From the NCBI GenBank assembly GCA_965644295.1, contig CBFFRP010000409.1, positions 1-64,000 on the forward strand: DNA of 64,000 bases, in the 5' to 3' direction. The position numbers were made by a program, and so were the translations under genes. The notes beneath the pieces are model-generated. The model worked only from the letters and a program-made list of their open reading frames with translations. It did not search any database and had not been told where the DNA came from. Of the stretch, positions 9,901-23,577 are shown in pieces. Numbering within the stretch: the first letter of the stretch is position 1; each line of letters opens with the position of its first letter. The stretch is from Paraphysomonas bandaiensis. Lineage: Eukaryota; Protista; Chrysophyceae.

Positions 9901-12900
9901 GCTGCAGAAGCCCGAATGCATATGCCGACCCTTCGTGGTGATCATGAAATGAGTTCTCCTCTCCTCCTTCCAAGGACACAGAGGTTCGTATTAATCGCGG
10001 AAACTTGGCTTCCACTTGGGGATCTCGGTCCACATATAAACATCTGATAAGTCGGCACACTGGCGCCTTGAACCTGCTCGATGAGCAGGGCATTTTCAAC
10101 ATGGTTATCAACATCTCGTAGGGGTACTGTCGTTCTACGAGGTTCATAGCAACGTAGTTTCTATCAAGGCAAAGGTCCGCAAGAAGATAGAGTTGACCAC
10201 AAAAATAGTCAGCAACTTGCAACTTTCTCTCCATGGTGGATCTAGAGTTGTTTTTTTGACCCTTCCACTTCAGTCGGGCTTTACTATTTATTGAATTCCT
10301 GGTACCCCGCTTGATGGCAGTAGATGTCCTGCAGTCAATGAATCCACAATAATGGAGAGGTTGCCAGTCAACATACCTCCTCATCCCAGCAACTGTGATG
10401 CTACTCGGTCTTCTGCTCACATCAGCGTTCACTTTGCGAACAATCTCTCTCCTCTCTTCAATAGGTGAGGTGAGCTTGGATTTCTCAAAACTATGAAACC
10501 ATTAACAAATCAACTCAACACGTGTGAGCAATATACCTTGTCAGTGTGCATATGCAGTCATAAGGCATATCCTTCATAAACCCAAATAAATGGAGCATGC
10601 CCAATACATCTTCTTGTGCGACTTCCCAATTAAGGATCAGCCGGGGAAGGCCATCAGTTACCAGGGAATATCCCATCACAGTATCGTCATTTTTGACCTC
10701 AGGGAGATATATAGTTTTTGTTGACCAAGGAATCGTCTTCAATGCAGTGTAAATATGTAGAGTTTGTAAAATAAAAATAAGTTTATACCTTAAGCTTGTT
10801 ATTCTTGCTCATCTCAATTTTGATCAACAGGCTTCGCGATAACGACGCTCCAGAGAATACGTACGAACTTCGAATATTGGTAAAGGGGGCATTGGGGGTG
10901 GTCATCATTGCCGAAGGGCGTATAATTTTCTTCTCAGATTCAGGGCTAAATGGTTCAACCGGGGGCACAGCAGAAGCAGCAGCTGTGGCAGTGGAAGTGG
11001 TCTCCCCACAGTCATCACTGCTTTCAATTGGAAATAAAGGTGTACCTTTACCACCATTAGCACGTGTGCTGTACACAGATACAAAGAGAGCACTCGCGAC
11101 CATACGCTGAGTGCTATCCACCCCCATCGGACACGAACATGCGCTCTGTACATGCGGTACATATTATCAAAGGAATAAGAGCAAATAGTTCCAGTATAAT
11201 TACCCGGAGAAGGTTAAGTAGAGTCACATTCATTTCGGACTCCTCTAACAGTTGGAGAAATATTCCAATCTCACGCTCGCGCACCTGAAACAGAATGGTG
11301 ACACAGCGACCAACACACTTTTACATAATGTACCTTCGTTTGCAACATCTGTAGATTGTCTCTAAGCATTTCTTGAACACACACCACTGCTAATTCCTGG
11401 TCCTTCACCTGATGATAAAAACAATTGGTCAGGTAGAACTAAGGATACTAACTAACTGTATTGCACCTGATTCAAGAGTACAGGGAACTTGTCTGCAATG
11501 TACATTTGGTTCGAGTGGTTGTCATGAATAATTGCCAAGAGTGACTTAAAGCAAGCCGTCGATATATCTTGCGAGAGAGATCGTAAATTCTTCTCTATCT
11601 CCTCGATATCTCCTTCTTCATCCTCGTCAAATGTATCTGGTTCTTTACAGGACTCTCTGTCGTAAGGGGAACTTGTTTCTACGGTGAGGTTTCTAGGTCG
11701 ACTTGGCAGAACACTGGCGTTCTCCTGCTCAAAGGAAAAAGTTCTAATCCTCCCAAAGTTATGATTAGCTCGGGCAGAGCTTTTCATAGCGACAGAAGAA
11801 GCAGCACTGGATAGCAAAACTTTTCTGGTGTTTTGAAGTGGGGATTGAGTGTCTCCTCCGATTGATGACATTTGGGATAGGAGAGATTTAAATGATCCTT
11901 TCCGAGATAAAGACCTCAGTCCAGGGGCCTTCATTGACTTCATGCGCTCTCTCTGTCTGCGCACATTGTCCGGTAATTGCTCAAAGGTTCTGTCTCCACA
12001 TAGTTCGATGAGATCCAGCAGTGCGCCTAGAACACCCTGTTCCCGCATCATGGTTTGTCGGATGATAGTGGAGCGAGCGTTGGAAGAGTCAGACACTGCT
12101 GTTGATCCAGGCCCAGAAGTGGCATGCATTGCATCCAACAAATCATCAGTCAAAAAATCAAAAACCGTCTCTAGCACGCCAAATACGTTTTTAACGGCCG
12201 TCTCAATGTACCCAAGAGACTCACCAAAGATTTGTTTTGATCGACATGATTTTTCAAAAGCTCTAAGATGCTTCGCAGCCTCCACACCCAAAAAGAGATC
12301 AACGCCTAGAGTCTGATGCAGCTGGTTACTTATACATACATACGAGGCAAGAGTATGTTCTGGCACAGCAGCACACTTCCGATGCGATTGAATGTCAGAC
12401 TGCCGATGAGTGTGGCTACGAGCGCGGACCATATGCCCGCCTTGTGCCCGAGCGGCATTCCCGGCCAGCATCTGAGGACAACCAGTGGATCGTGCCACTG
12501 CTGAGCTGACTACAGATTGACGGGATGTAATTACAGGAGTGTGCAACCACTGTCCACGAGAGTGCAATTGAACCATGGTACCCTCTGGGAGTCCCCTGCT
12601 GTCAGAGGCCTGGGACGAGACCACATCGAAGAAAGAACACTCTTCTCGACCTTGTACCGCCTTCAACTGCCCGTTTTCCATTCGAAGATATAGGCCAGTG
12701 TTCAAATTACGCAATGCCACTCGTTCACCTCGCGTAGCAATAGCACCGCCCTTGGCAGTTTTCTCTTTCTCAAGCATCCAAAGTAGATGTGTACCCACTG
12801 AACAGTTGGGTGAGTCCAGAGAAAGTAGCGATGTATGCAGCAAAGAAACTTTGTTCGAGGTAGAAGCTTGGCCTGAGGAAACTTCTGGAGCAATGTATGA

Positions 12901-13692
12901 TGACGACTCGGGCTCCTGCAGAGTGACCATCTGTCCCCCAAGAATACACTTTGAGACAGCATCGCTTGCGTGCTGGTACACCGACACCGTCCAGCAAGAG
13001 CTCTCCAAGGAGCAGTTAATCTCTCGTCCACCTGACTTAAGCATTTTTTTGGCGCTGTGAATAAATTCACTCGGCCGCTCATGCACACGTAGCAAGCATT
13101 CGGAGCTACTAGCAATGTGCTGCCCTTCCCTATCTGCTTTGGATCGAGGCATGAATACTAACCAGCTGAAAGAATCACCGTAACCCTCCAATGATACACG
13201 GATGTTCTCACGCTCATGTTTCGCGAGAACAGAAGCATTAACCGTTAAAAATTTCTTCGACTTCACATGGCGCAGCTGTATGACATCTCCAAAAGCAACT
13301 GGCTTTCCTACTTTCATCGCCATAAGCTTCTCGTTCAGGCGTCCTTCATTTGTGGCTGCCCGATGTAACTGATTGATAAATTCATCAGATGTCGCTGGCT
13401 TATTTACAGCGGGTTTATCAGCAGCGTCTCCATCATGTGGCTCAGCTAGTGTTTGTCCCTCCATCATAGCGGAAAAAAGCACCTCTTCATACTCTCTGAC
13501 GGCACTATACTGGTTTTGTACATGCACTTCCCATAAACAGTTCTCAAAATAATCCTCATCCTTCGTAAGAATAACATCTTCACTAATTATTCCTTCCGCA
13601 CTTAGCCATCCTTCTATTGGCTTGGAGTGTCTTAGAGTGACATAGTCTCCTATCTTTAACCCGAGAGGTAATACTTGATTATTGAAAGCCAT
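3998..13692 (-). CDS. IP3 receptor/ryanodine receptor-family Ca2+ release channel (~3,100 aa, 8 exons) with an inserted voltage-sensor domain
   Basis: N-terminal beta-trefoil/MIR motifs (FGDVIQLRHVKSKKFL, LRNLNTGLYL); RIH-like RQTMMREQG; QLYLLADLCLDRNY; FGFY; RIH-associated CEG..QGPCKGNQ; 6-TM pore with GVRANEG; LNIFFGIIIDTFGKLR; CFICG..H..HNMWNYLYF zinc finger. ORF-track pieces are joined by short GT-AG introns (e.g. 4802-4849, 8898-8944, 9031-9076). Confidence 0.93.
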
Positions 13693-14367
13693 TTCAATTA
13701 ATTATAACGATTCAAAACATGACATGAGAAGGAGATGAACAACAAACACTTCCTGTGACATGCCCACTTAGAGCAGTCTAATCCCATGTATTCAACATGG
13801 CCATAATCTATTAAGGTGATACTGGTTAGATTAATAGTGAATTCACTGTACTAAAAGTTGGCCGGTAGTAATAAAATAACAACTAGAAACCTCTGTAGAA
13901 TTCCAACCCTCTTACAGTGTACTGCCGTATGTCAATAGTAGACGTGGTATATGTACTGCTGCATTGTCCATGGGTATCGTAGTGTATATGGTACACATGT
14001 GTATGCCAGTAGGAATTTCCTGCTGTGTAGAGGTTTACGGTATTGTGTATTGTAGTTTTGTCCAAGAGAAACCGTCTATAGAAAAAAGTTCCAAGAAAAA
14101 AACGATAAAACTGAAAGTGGTATACAGCAGGTATACAGTGCAGTATAAATATACAGCAGTACGGCGGCATGAGACTGGTAGCTACTTGGTCGGATGATGT
14201 GTATGGATGGAAGGTGCTGCTCTACATGATACTGCTGTATACAGGAGTATATACACAGAGCGACATGGCCTGTCTGTCTGTCGTGTGTCGGATATGCATA
14301 CATCATAGATAGATAATATATAATTAGGTACGAGGAAGCACACCACCGACATCTCGCTGCATTGAGT

Positions 14368-15018
14368 ATGTTAAGACATACAGGAAGAGTTATTACTGGC
14401 TTGAGACCACGCGCTTCATTCCTTAGCCGCAGTCTGTCCACAACAAGCCAGCCTTGTGAAGATGGTTACTTGTATGATCATTCGGATGCAAGAAATGTTA
14501 GAATATCGGTTTTTGCTACTTTTACAAATTTGACGTACTGGGGATTCAACACTGGAATGACAATATTTGAAAATATTTTCCGGAATGATGTCTCCGATTT
14601 TTGGGGTGTTTTTCAAGGAGCAGAACTGAACACTGCCATGCTTATGGTTTCTGGTGGTTTCGTCTATTTTTCATACCAGTACGCCGTACACTCAATCTAC
14701 AGATTTTACGAAACAGCAGACAGGGGGCGCCTGGGATTTCAACTGCACAACATTTTGGGTTTCCCGGGAAGGTGCATTGAAGTTCCCAAAGGTAATACGC
14801 AACTGGTGACCAGTAGTAATAACACAAGTGCCATTGGAGTGCGAGTCGAGGGGCTGGGTAAAAATTTAGTGTTTTCAAATGCCGATGCTGTGGAAAGCAA
14901 TCCAAGAATTAAAGAACTTATTGAGGAATCGAAAGCTGCCGTCAACAAAGATCAACGTCTGAATTGGAGAAAGAATATTGCTAGCACTAAGAGAAAAGGG
15001 AACAACACCAAAGACTGA
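14368..15018 (+). CDS. Probable mitochondrial membrane protein (TMEM70/186/223-like layout)
   Basis: Arg/Ser-rich presequence MLRHTGRVITGLRPRASFLSRSLSTT, two hydrophobic segments, then a beta-rich segment. Family assignment tentative. Confidence 0.6.
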   Translation: MLRHTGRVITGLRPRASFLSRSLSTTSQPCEDGYLYDHSDARNVRISVFATFTNLTYWGFNTGMTIFENIFRNDVSDFWGVFQGAELNTAMLMVSGGFVYFSYQYAVHSIYRFYETADRGRLGFQLHNILGFPGRCIEVPKGNTQLVTSSNNTSAIGVRVEGLGKNLVFSNADAVESNPRIKELIEESKAAVNKDQRLNWRKNIASTKRKGNNTKD

Positions 15019-15497
15019 TGCCGTTATAAAGCATTTGCATAGATAGTGTCAATCAACTAGTACTTACTACTTTATATGGTACCATGACGCAGCAACTATA
15101 ATAAACCTTCTTTACCAATAACTTGAGCGTCTTTGAGTAATACCTGCTGGAAAGTGCATCTAACTACTATTATATTGTTTGTTTAATAACACGCAAAACT
15201 TTTTCAGCCAGAGATATGATATCAGTGGCCTTAGATTTGGAAGCCAACAATGAATATTGTGAGTTACTAGCGAGCATCCTATTGTGGAAAGGTAGAAAGT
15301 CCCAAGACAGTCACCAGATGACTAATTAATAACATAAGGAGACGATATAGCCTCCTTATTACGACCCATGGTTACAAATAACCATACATGTATACTGATA
15401 TATTATATATTGTTTCCAAGCGCTGGTATGTTGTCTGCTGTAGGTTACTGTTTTCGAGATAGAGGATCGAATCAAATTTCGACTGGACAGTTCATCT

Positions 15498-15544
15498 CAG
15501 GGGCTGCCGAGAACTGGACTACCATTAATGGTTACCAGGCCCTG
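15498..15544. mobile_element. 47-bp hAT-type mini-MITE with 8-bp TSD
   Basis: Termini CAGGGGCTG...CAGGCCCTG (8/9 inverted match), flanked by gttcatct/attcatct. Confidence 0.6.
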
Positions 15545-15840
15545 ATTCATCTAGGACATAGGTGACAATTCAGTATATAGCTACTGGAACTACTTTACGG
15601 ACCGGAAAAAAACAGAGAGGAAAAATTTCCTTCGGAAATGAAGCCGAGGGTAAATATAGTTAAGGATGATAATCCTTTAGCTTAACTTCCGAAGAAACTT
15701 CTCCTTTGTTGTTCTCCGTTTTTTCTGAGCTGAAATACAATGAGTTCATCAAACTTAACATTATTAGTTACAAGACGAAGACACGATTAAAAGTTAATGG
15801 TCCGGTGTGCCACAAATCTAATCGACGAATAAATCAACAG

Positions 15841-18592
15841 TTAAGGAGACAGAAACACTTCAGACAGCTGAGATCTCGCCTCACTTGCGGACATATCGGC
15901 AACAGGTAAGGATTCGAATTTGTTCATTGCAGTCAAAATCTTCTGTAGCTTCAGAGTATCTGCAACAGACAGTATCATAAGAATTTATAACGTATATAAT
16001 TAACGGTACTCTACCTTTGGTAACACCTCCTGCCTCAGGGTCTTCCAATTGATCGGATTTACGCTTTGCTTCTCGGATAACACTATCTGGAAAAGATGCC
16101 ATCGCAGCGACATGAATTCCAAAAGATTCAGCACAGGGACCGTCCATCACATTATGTAACATTACAACCTGTAAGTAAAGTATCCACGTGACTCGCTTCC
16201 ATATTACAACAACCCCCACCCACTAACCTCTTTATTTTCCACTATTGCAGACACATGTTTGTTTACAACGTTAGGCCTATGATGGGCAAGAGCAGTAAGC
16301 TCGTGGAAGTGGGTGGCGAATAGACACAGGGGGTTTATCTTTGTCGTAATGTACTCCGCTATAGCCCACGCAAGTCCAAACCCGTCGTAGGTTGATGTTC
16401 CCCTTCCCAACTCGTCTATTATTACTAAGGAGTTCGACGTCGCCGTCTCAAGTAGAACAGAAGCTTCAAGCATCTCTGCCATGAAGGTAGATATACCCTT
16501 TTGCCCCGCATCCCCAGCCCCTACCCGTGCCAAAACACAGTCCACTACTGCAATATGTGCCTCTTCACATGGGACAAAGCTTCCTATCTGGGCAAGAGTA
16601 ACAATACTTCCCAGGCCACGAATATAAGTAGACTTCCCACCCTGTCGCCGAATACGGTTATATATATTCACTAAAAAATACAGCCGCACAATATAAGACA
16701 TACGTAACATGTTCTCACCATGTTTGGTCCGGTGACTATCTGAAAGTTCGATTGATCTATTGTAAGATCATAGTCATTGGCAATAAAATCCACACCATCC
16801 ATCAATTCGACACACGGGTGTCGTGCTCCTTTAAGCGTTGTCCTCCTTTTGTTTTCAGCGCTCGCATTAGCGCTGGTAGTGAGTGGGGAGAGAGTTGGTC
16901 TCACATAAGTTGCCGGTGAGACTGCAGCGACGGTGGCGAACGATGATAAGACATCTAGTTCTGACACCAACGCACACGCAGCTTCAACGACTGGGAGGTA
17001 AGTTCGAGCAGTTGCAACAGCATTCCGCACCAATTCCGCTTGCTGCTTACGGTATAGTCGTTCTACCTCCTGGTGACGCTCTGCCACCCCTGTCAGTTCT
17101 GGTGTTGTGAAGTGCAAACCATTCTGTGACAAACATGAACATGACGCTGCTATAAATCAACAGTATGTTTTAATATACCTTAAGCATAGAGAGTATTCGA
17201 ATCTTTGAGTTGTTCGCTCTAAGTTTTCTTTCGTCGTCTCCCTTTGTAGTTCGAAATATAAATCCAAACTGGGAGTTACTCTCCAGTTTTACATCTGTGA
17301 ATGAACCCCATGTTCTATTTGCCTTCTCCTGTAGCTGTCTCGCCTGAGCTTCTAGGTCGTCGATCTCTTCCTTGAGTTCCATCAAGTTAGGATCGTGTTT
17401 GGCAGCAACCATTAGATCTGGTAAACGGTCAAAGTCTACGACATGTTCCACAAGTTGGCGATACATATCCAGTTTGCTGTCCAGGTCCTGTAAGGGGACT
17501 ATGTATCGCTCAGTAATGAATGAAGTTTTGTCTCCTTTCTCGATGCATTGGTCTTCCTGAAGTTCATTGAGGGCACGTATGATCCCAGGCAGTGCACGAG
17601 TAAATATGTACAAGCGATATACCCCGCTCAAGTCCGCATTCGGCTTTTGAATCCTACGCAAATTACAGAATTATCATGACCGCAGCGGTGGAGGAAGGAC
17701 TCACTTTGTGAGAATAGCATCTATATCTGGTATACCCTTGAGCGACCCGTCCACGAGCAGGTTCCGGGCGATAGCAGATTCCTTCAGTAGTTCTACTACA
17801 TCTAGTCTACGGTTGATCTCCTGTTCGTCTACCAACGGCTGTCGCAGCCACCTGCAATTGAGTTCAGACGTATAAACATATTCATATATTCATACCGCTC
17901 CAGAAGTCTCTGCCCCATCTTTGTTTTACATCGGTTAAGCACCCCATAAAGACTGCCATAGGGCGAAGGGTCATCGGAACGAGGGAGTAAGTTGATAGCA
18001 CTTGCGGCTGCGCTGTCCAACCGCATGTGGTTGCTGAGAGACCCGAAAGATATAGAATACTTGCCTAATTCGTCATCTATTCCGATCAGGCCAAGGTACT
18101 GCGAGAGGCATTCAACGCATCCTACACCTAAAGGGCACTCTGTCTGTCATATAACAGTCATACCACAACATAGGGACAACATCAGAGTGATACCTCGGCA
18201 GTATTCGTGACGTATGTGTCAACCCCGCTCAACTTCACTAAAACACCAGAAGCAGCCGACAACTTGAATGTAGACTTCTTACAGTAATTAACATCCACCG
18301 AATGGTCATCAACAATCAACTGAATCTTCTTACCATCTGCACTGTCCTGAATGTCTTCCGGTATGAGCAGACTGCAGGCACCCAGCTGAACAATCAAACT
18401 GTCCAAGTTGCTAAACTGATCATTATCTGCAAACTCAAATAGTTCAATCTTCCATAGTATATTATCTTCCATGCTCTTCCTCTGACAGCGGCTACGTACA
18501 GCTGCCCCAATCCTCTTCTGTCCACCCTTCTTTACTACCTGTACAGCACATACAGGCGATTCGATATCACTTCCTTGTGATCCTTCTTCCAT
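15841..18592 (-). CDS. MSH2: DNA mismatch repair protein MSH2 (multi-exon)
   Basis: [26 protein letters not shown]|[61 protein letters not shown]. Spliced last exon ends VFLSP* at 15841. Confidence 0.96.
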
Positions 18593-19288
18593 GATAACTG
18601 CAGATACTTGACTGATGGTGAATAGAACTATATGTACATCGAATGAAGTAACTCAACCAGTATAGTAGAGTTATAGTAGAGAATAGGAACACACTGATGT
18701 TTCTACTATACATATGTACTGTACATATACATATATATGGGGGCACAGGCACTGGATAGATATGCAGATTAATTTGAAAACTTGAATCTTGGATTCAGAG
18801 TACAGAGGAATACATGCGGGTATACAGAGGGGCCTTAGAATATACAGCAGTATATACATACAGTATACAGTGGTATACATGAAGCAGTAGGTGACCAAAC
18901 CACACACGACTATATCGTGAAATACAGCAGTACCATGCCATGCTACCGTCTAGAAGCATATCCCTCTCAATAGGACCTATAAAATCTAAGGTTTTACAAG
19001 CTAAAAACCACTGATATATACAGAAAAACTTGAAAAGCAATTTTTTGTCCAACCCTCTGTATACACCCTGTACATCCATCCAATAGACCAGTGTGTCCAT
19101 CTCTACACGCATACAGTACACTCCATACCGCTCCATCAACACCAACATACTTACAGCAGTACCAATTTGGGCTCTATTATTGGTTGAAGGTGGGGTTAGT
19201 CGCACCAACCCACTCTCTGGGTGCATTATACCACACACGTGACATGTGCATCGGTTCTTCTCATTGAGCAGTGGAGAGGTAGTGCTCT

Positions 19289-22219
19289 ATGGCGACTGTG
19301 TACTCTATACTGGACGGATGCATATTCGGCTGTGGACTATCTGTGTTACCTGCCCTGGTACAAGACGTGGCCACTGGCTCCTCAACATCTAGTGTTTTAT
19401 TCACCTTATCTCTAGCAGTGTTTACGTTTCATTTCGGTGAGTGACACTGCGCTTATCTCCCGCATATAACGACAGCTTATATACAGGCAAAGCAGTCAGT
19501 TCTTATTTTAATACTTGTAGCTTAGGAGGAAGTACACTTATTTCTGTCCTATTTTCTTCGATATGTTTGTTATTTTTCAGCGTAAGCTCCAATGTTGTGT
19601 GGATACTAGTAATGAGGTAGCCGCTTCCGTGTTTAACCTCTGTTATGTTTTCATCGTTGAATTAACAGGTTTGCACTTGGACTTGTTTCCGGCTACCTTG
19701 GTTTCTTCTTTGAAATATCCCGTTCCCATGTGTTTAGTCGAATTTCTTGGATTCTTGCCGTAGGCTTTGGTGCATTTGTGTCAGGATTCTTTTATGTTAA
19801 CGATAGGAATTCGACTCAGCCCTTCCACAGCTCCCCCCGGTTCTTCCAAGATCATCCTGTGTTCTTGAGTGCTTTGTGTCTAGCTCTGATCTTGGTCGCT
19901 TCTTTTGTTGGATATGTGTTCATGGAAACCCTCGGTTTTGACGAAGCAGACGACTGCACGGATGGAAAAAGTGCGTACGCTCAGATTATCCAATTCTCTA
20001 TCGATGATCAGGACGAGGAAGTCATGAAGGGCCCTCTAAGATCTTCCCATGGATCGCATTCCGCCACCGTCTCTTCTTGTATGAATCCTTGTCATACTCA
20101 TACTGAAGAAGGGACTGGTGACTACGACAATAGAGAGCTTTTGGTACCCTCTCGATATATACGTGGGTGTGGAGAGCATCAGGAGGCATTGCGACGCTGG
20201 AGAGCCACTCTGGCGTGGAGACAAGAGAACGACGTCGACAGTATTCTTGATGAACCCCAGCCAAACTTTTGGATGATAAAGCAGTGCTATCCCCACTTTT
20301 TGCATGGTCGCAGCAAATTAGGACACCCCGTCTACTATGAACAGCTGGGACGCATCGATATCGAGAAGCTACGGGAACATGGAATAAGCGTTGCTGCACT
20401 GCTGCGCCACTACATATTCATCACAGAGTATATATGGACACATGTTGAACCTGACGACAACTTCGGGCAGACAGTGAGTATTCTAGACGTGTCAGGTGTA
20501 GGTATTGGTGATTTGATGGGTGAGGCTCTCGACTTCCTCAAAGAGTCCACAAAAATGATACAAAGCCACTATGTTGAAAGATGCAACAAAATTTTTGTGG
20601 TCAATGCTTCATACCTGTTCTCCATGCTGTGGCGGATGGTGCAGCCGATGATTCATGAGAACACCCGACGGAAAATCAGCATCCTGAGTGCGTCTGAGTT
20701 ATCTCAAATACAGGAAGTTGTGGACCGAAATCAACTTCCCGATATTTATGGGGGGACTGGGGGAGCTCTTGGTTCTGGGGAAGAGGAACTGGCACTACAC
20801 AAGTTCGTTCGAATCCTTAATCAGCGTGCTGGTGTTCACATGGCAGAGGACGCTTCACCTCTTAATGACGATAATTCGCCAGATTGCGATACTCCTTCCG
20901 CCTCTGCCAGCGGCATTGCTGGAGATGTTATCGTGACAGAGTCACTCCCGGTGCATCGACGACCGCTGCGCGGAACAGGACAGGATGGATACAATTCTAT
21001 AATGGATTGGCAAGAGGATGGTGAAGTGGGACTAAGTGACGATGAGGAAGAGAATGGAATCCCAATGGAACATGCCGCTCCAGGTCATCATATGTTTCAA
21101 AGCCCAATCATTTCAGTTTCCAACTGGGTGGCATCAATGGGGCAGAGTGCATTAAATACTACATTATCCGCAGCGACATCAGTGTTTTCCTCTTCAAGGA
21201 GTACTGATTCAAAGATTGGCGAATCCACCCAACCGAAGGCCCATCTTGGACGAAAGAATGATTTTGTTTACAATTCGGCCCTTCGCAAGTGGGAGCTGAA
21301 GAGATCTGGTGGAGATGATATGGGAGTGACACAATTCTCTCCTCTTGGGGCCCGGGAAGTGGAATATGCGGAAGAAGATGACGACACATGTAGCGTAGAT
21401 AGCAATGAGGAGCAAGTCATACGTGCGATACAGGCTGCACATGGATATGTCTCTGAGAGTGAGGACGAGGGTGACGACGTAAATGTTTCCAGACGTGGTC
21501 GGAAGTTATTCCGAGTAAATATATCAACTAAAAAGCTACGTGTGCTTCAGACTCTTTCATTATGGTCATACATGCATTGGGCCTGGCGAGCTGCTCTCAC
21601 ATGCTCCCTGGAGGCTCTACCTGTGTATGTGCTTATATCTCGTTCGCATAAAGGCCTTGGCCTCCCACCAATACTGATGGGTTGCGTGGTGTTGGCAGCA
21701 TCGTGTGCAATTGCAATGGCTCAGCGGATTCATTACAGATACAATCGATTCCCTTCGAAGGGTTTCTTTAAGCGCTCTCTGGCGTGTGTCCTCGCCATTG
21801 AGATAATTACTTTAGTCTTAGTAATATCACTCGCTGGGGCGTTAACTCCTATTGTGTGGTCATCGCAGCCCAGTGGAAACGAAGTGACGGTGCTGTCGTT
21901 GTTCATATCATTTGCACTCACCGCCTTACTCTTCTCGCTCGGAGTCACGAATATATTTACTTCCGCTGTGATGTCGTCATATAAAACTCATTTATACTCT
22001 CCAGCTGCTCGGTCTCGTGCGTGTTTTGCCGACGCGCTCGGTGGCATGTTAGGAATAATGATGATGCTTACTTCGGACTATATGGGCGTACCAAGTATTC
22101 TTGCCCTACTGGCGCCATTTATTGTTACTTTAGTTGTCCATACGTTTATAGCGATCGTAAATTATGCCAATCCTTCTGCTGCTGGAAATGGAATGGATTT
22201 AGGAAACGTAATGTGGTGA
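19289..22219 (+). CDS. Multi-pass MFS (ZIFL-like) membrane protein with an internal Sec14/CRAL-TRIO domain
   Basis: Upstream exons from ATG 19289 (MATVYSILDGCIFGCGLSVLP...; splice sites tentative) join ORF 19730-22219. CRAL-TRIO motifs: HGRSKLGHPVYYEQLGRID, HYVERCNKIFVVNA, ENTRRKI, QLPDIYGG. Hydrophobic helices on both sides. Confidence 0.8.
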
Positions 22220-23341
22220 AATAAATTAATCATCTAAACTGTAATACGAATACTGATGTATAATAATTATATAGCTCTATGGTTCTGCGTTTTTGTTTTG
22301 TATCGTTCCTGTCATACGTCGTATTGGGTTTTGGATTACCAGTATAAGTCAACGGCAAATATGCTATAAATACCAATGAATTCTAGAGGAGTAGTACTAC
22401 GGTATGTCTAACATTTACTGGGCCTATCTGGGGTTAGTAGTTAGTAGTATTTATGTATTTATTAATTACTAAGTTAACTACATTTGCCAGCAAGATATTT
22501 ATGTGTGCGAACCCACCTGTTTCACGAAAATAGAGCAACATACAAAAAACACGGATCTCAAGAATTTATATAAAGTGTGCACAACGTAATAAACGATGTA
22601 GATGCATAGAGCAGATGAGTCTAGTAGTAATTAGTACACACTTTGAATTGGGCTCCTTATTCTAGCTAGAACATACTTTGAAGACTACATAGAAAACTAC
22701 TAAGCGCTAGTAACCAAAGAAGTTGCAAATTGAAATTCAATATTTTCAAACATGTGCACCCCAATCATACGTCATTTCTCCCACTACAAAGCATCTAAAG
22801 TGTTTTGTTCACTATATTTATATTTCACAGAGTACATCTCAGAATGATTACAATGAGAAGAATCCGACAGACTGTAAAGGCAGTGCAATTGACGCATATC
22901 CCTTATCTGCCTTATGCTGAGCTAACAGAAATGAGCTAAAACAGACACACCGTAACCGCCTAAGTTTATCGTGATTCAACCATACCTTACAACTACAGAA
23001 GAGTATACAGCAAAACATCACATGCTACATACACACCACTAATACACTTACATGAACACATGATCACTCTAAGATAACTGGTAAGAACTATCCAACTATT
23101 CAATTCATACAAATATTGATCTGAAAGCTATCATGTTCAAGGGCAAGAGGGCAAGAGGACAAGAGGACAAGAGGTACTCAAAGTGAGGGAGTATAAGCAT
23201 TGCTTTTCATCTAAAATCCCCAATATCACACTTTTCGGAAAAAAAAGAATTGAGAAATCAGACTATTCATCCATTGTGTATGTACAGTACGTAGTATGTA
23301 GACGTACGTATAGTATGTACAGCAGTATGTACAGTATGTGC

Positions 23342-23472
23342 GTATGTATGTATGTATGTATGTATGTATGTATGTATGTATGTATGTATGTATGTATGTA
23401 TGTATGTATGTATGTATGTATGTATGTATGTATGTATGTATGTATGTATGTATGTATGTATGTATGTATGTA
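23342..23472 (+). repeat. (TATG)n microsatellite
   Basis: About 32 perfect units. Confidence 0.97.
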
Positions 23473-23577
23473 CAGTAGGTAGGTAGGTACAGTAGGCAGG
23501 TAGGTATGTAGATAGGTCTGTACATAGCTATATATAGCATATATATTATCATAACTGGACCTGCAACAATCATCAAT

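Noticed and set aside
23183-23576. MYVC/YIHT-repeat ORFs (also 26715-27128)
   Set aside because: Translations of (TATG)n microsatellites.
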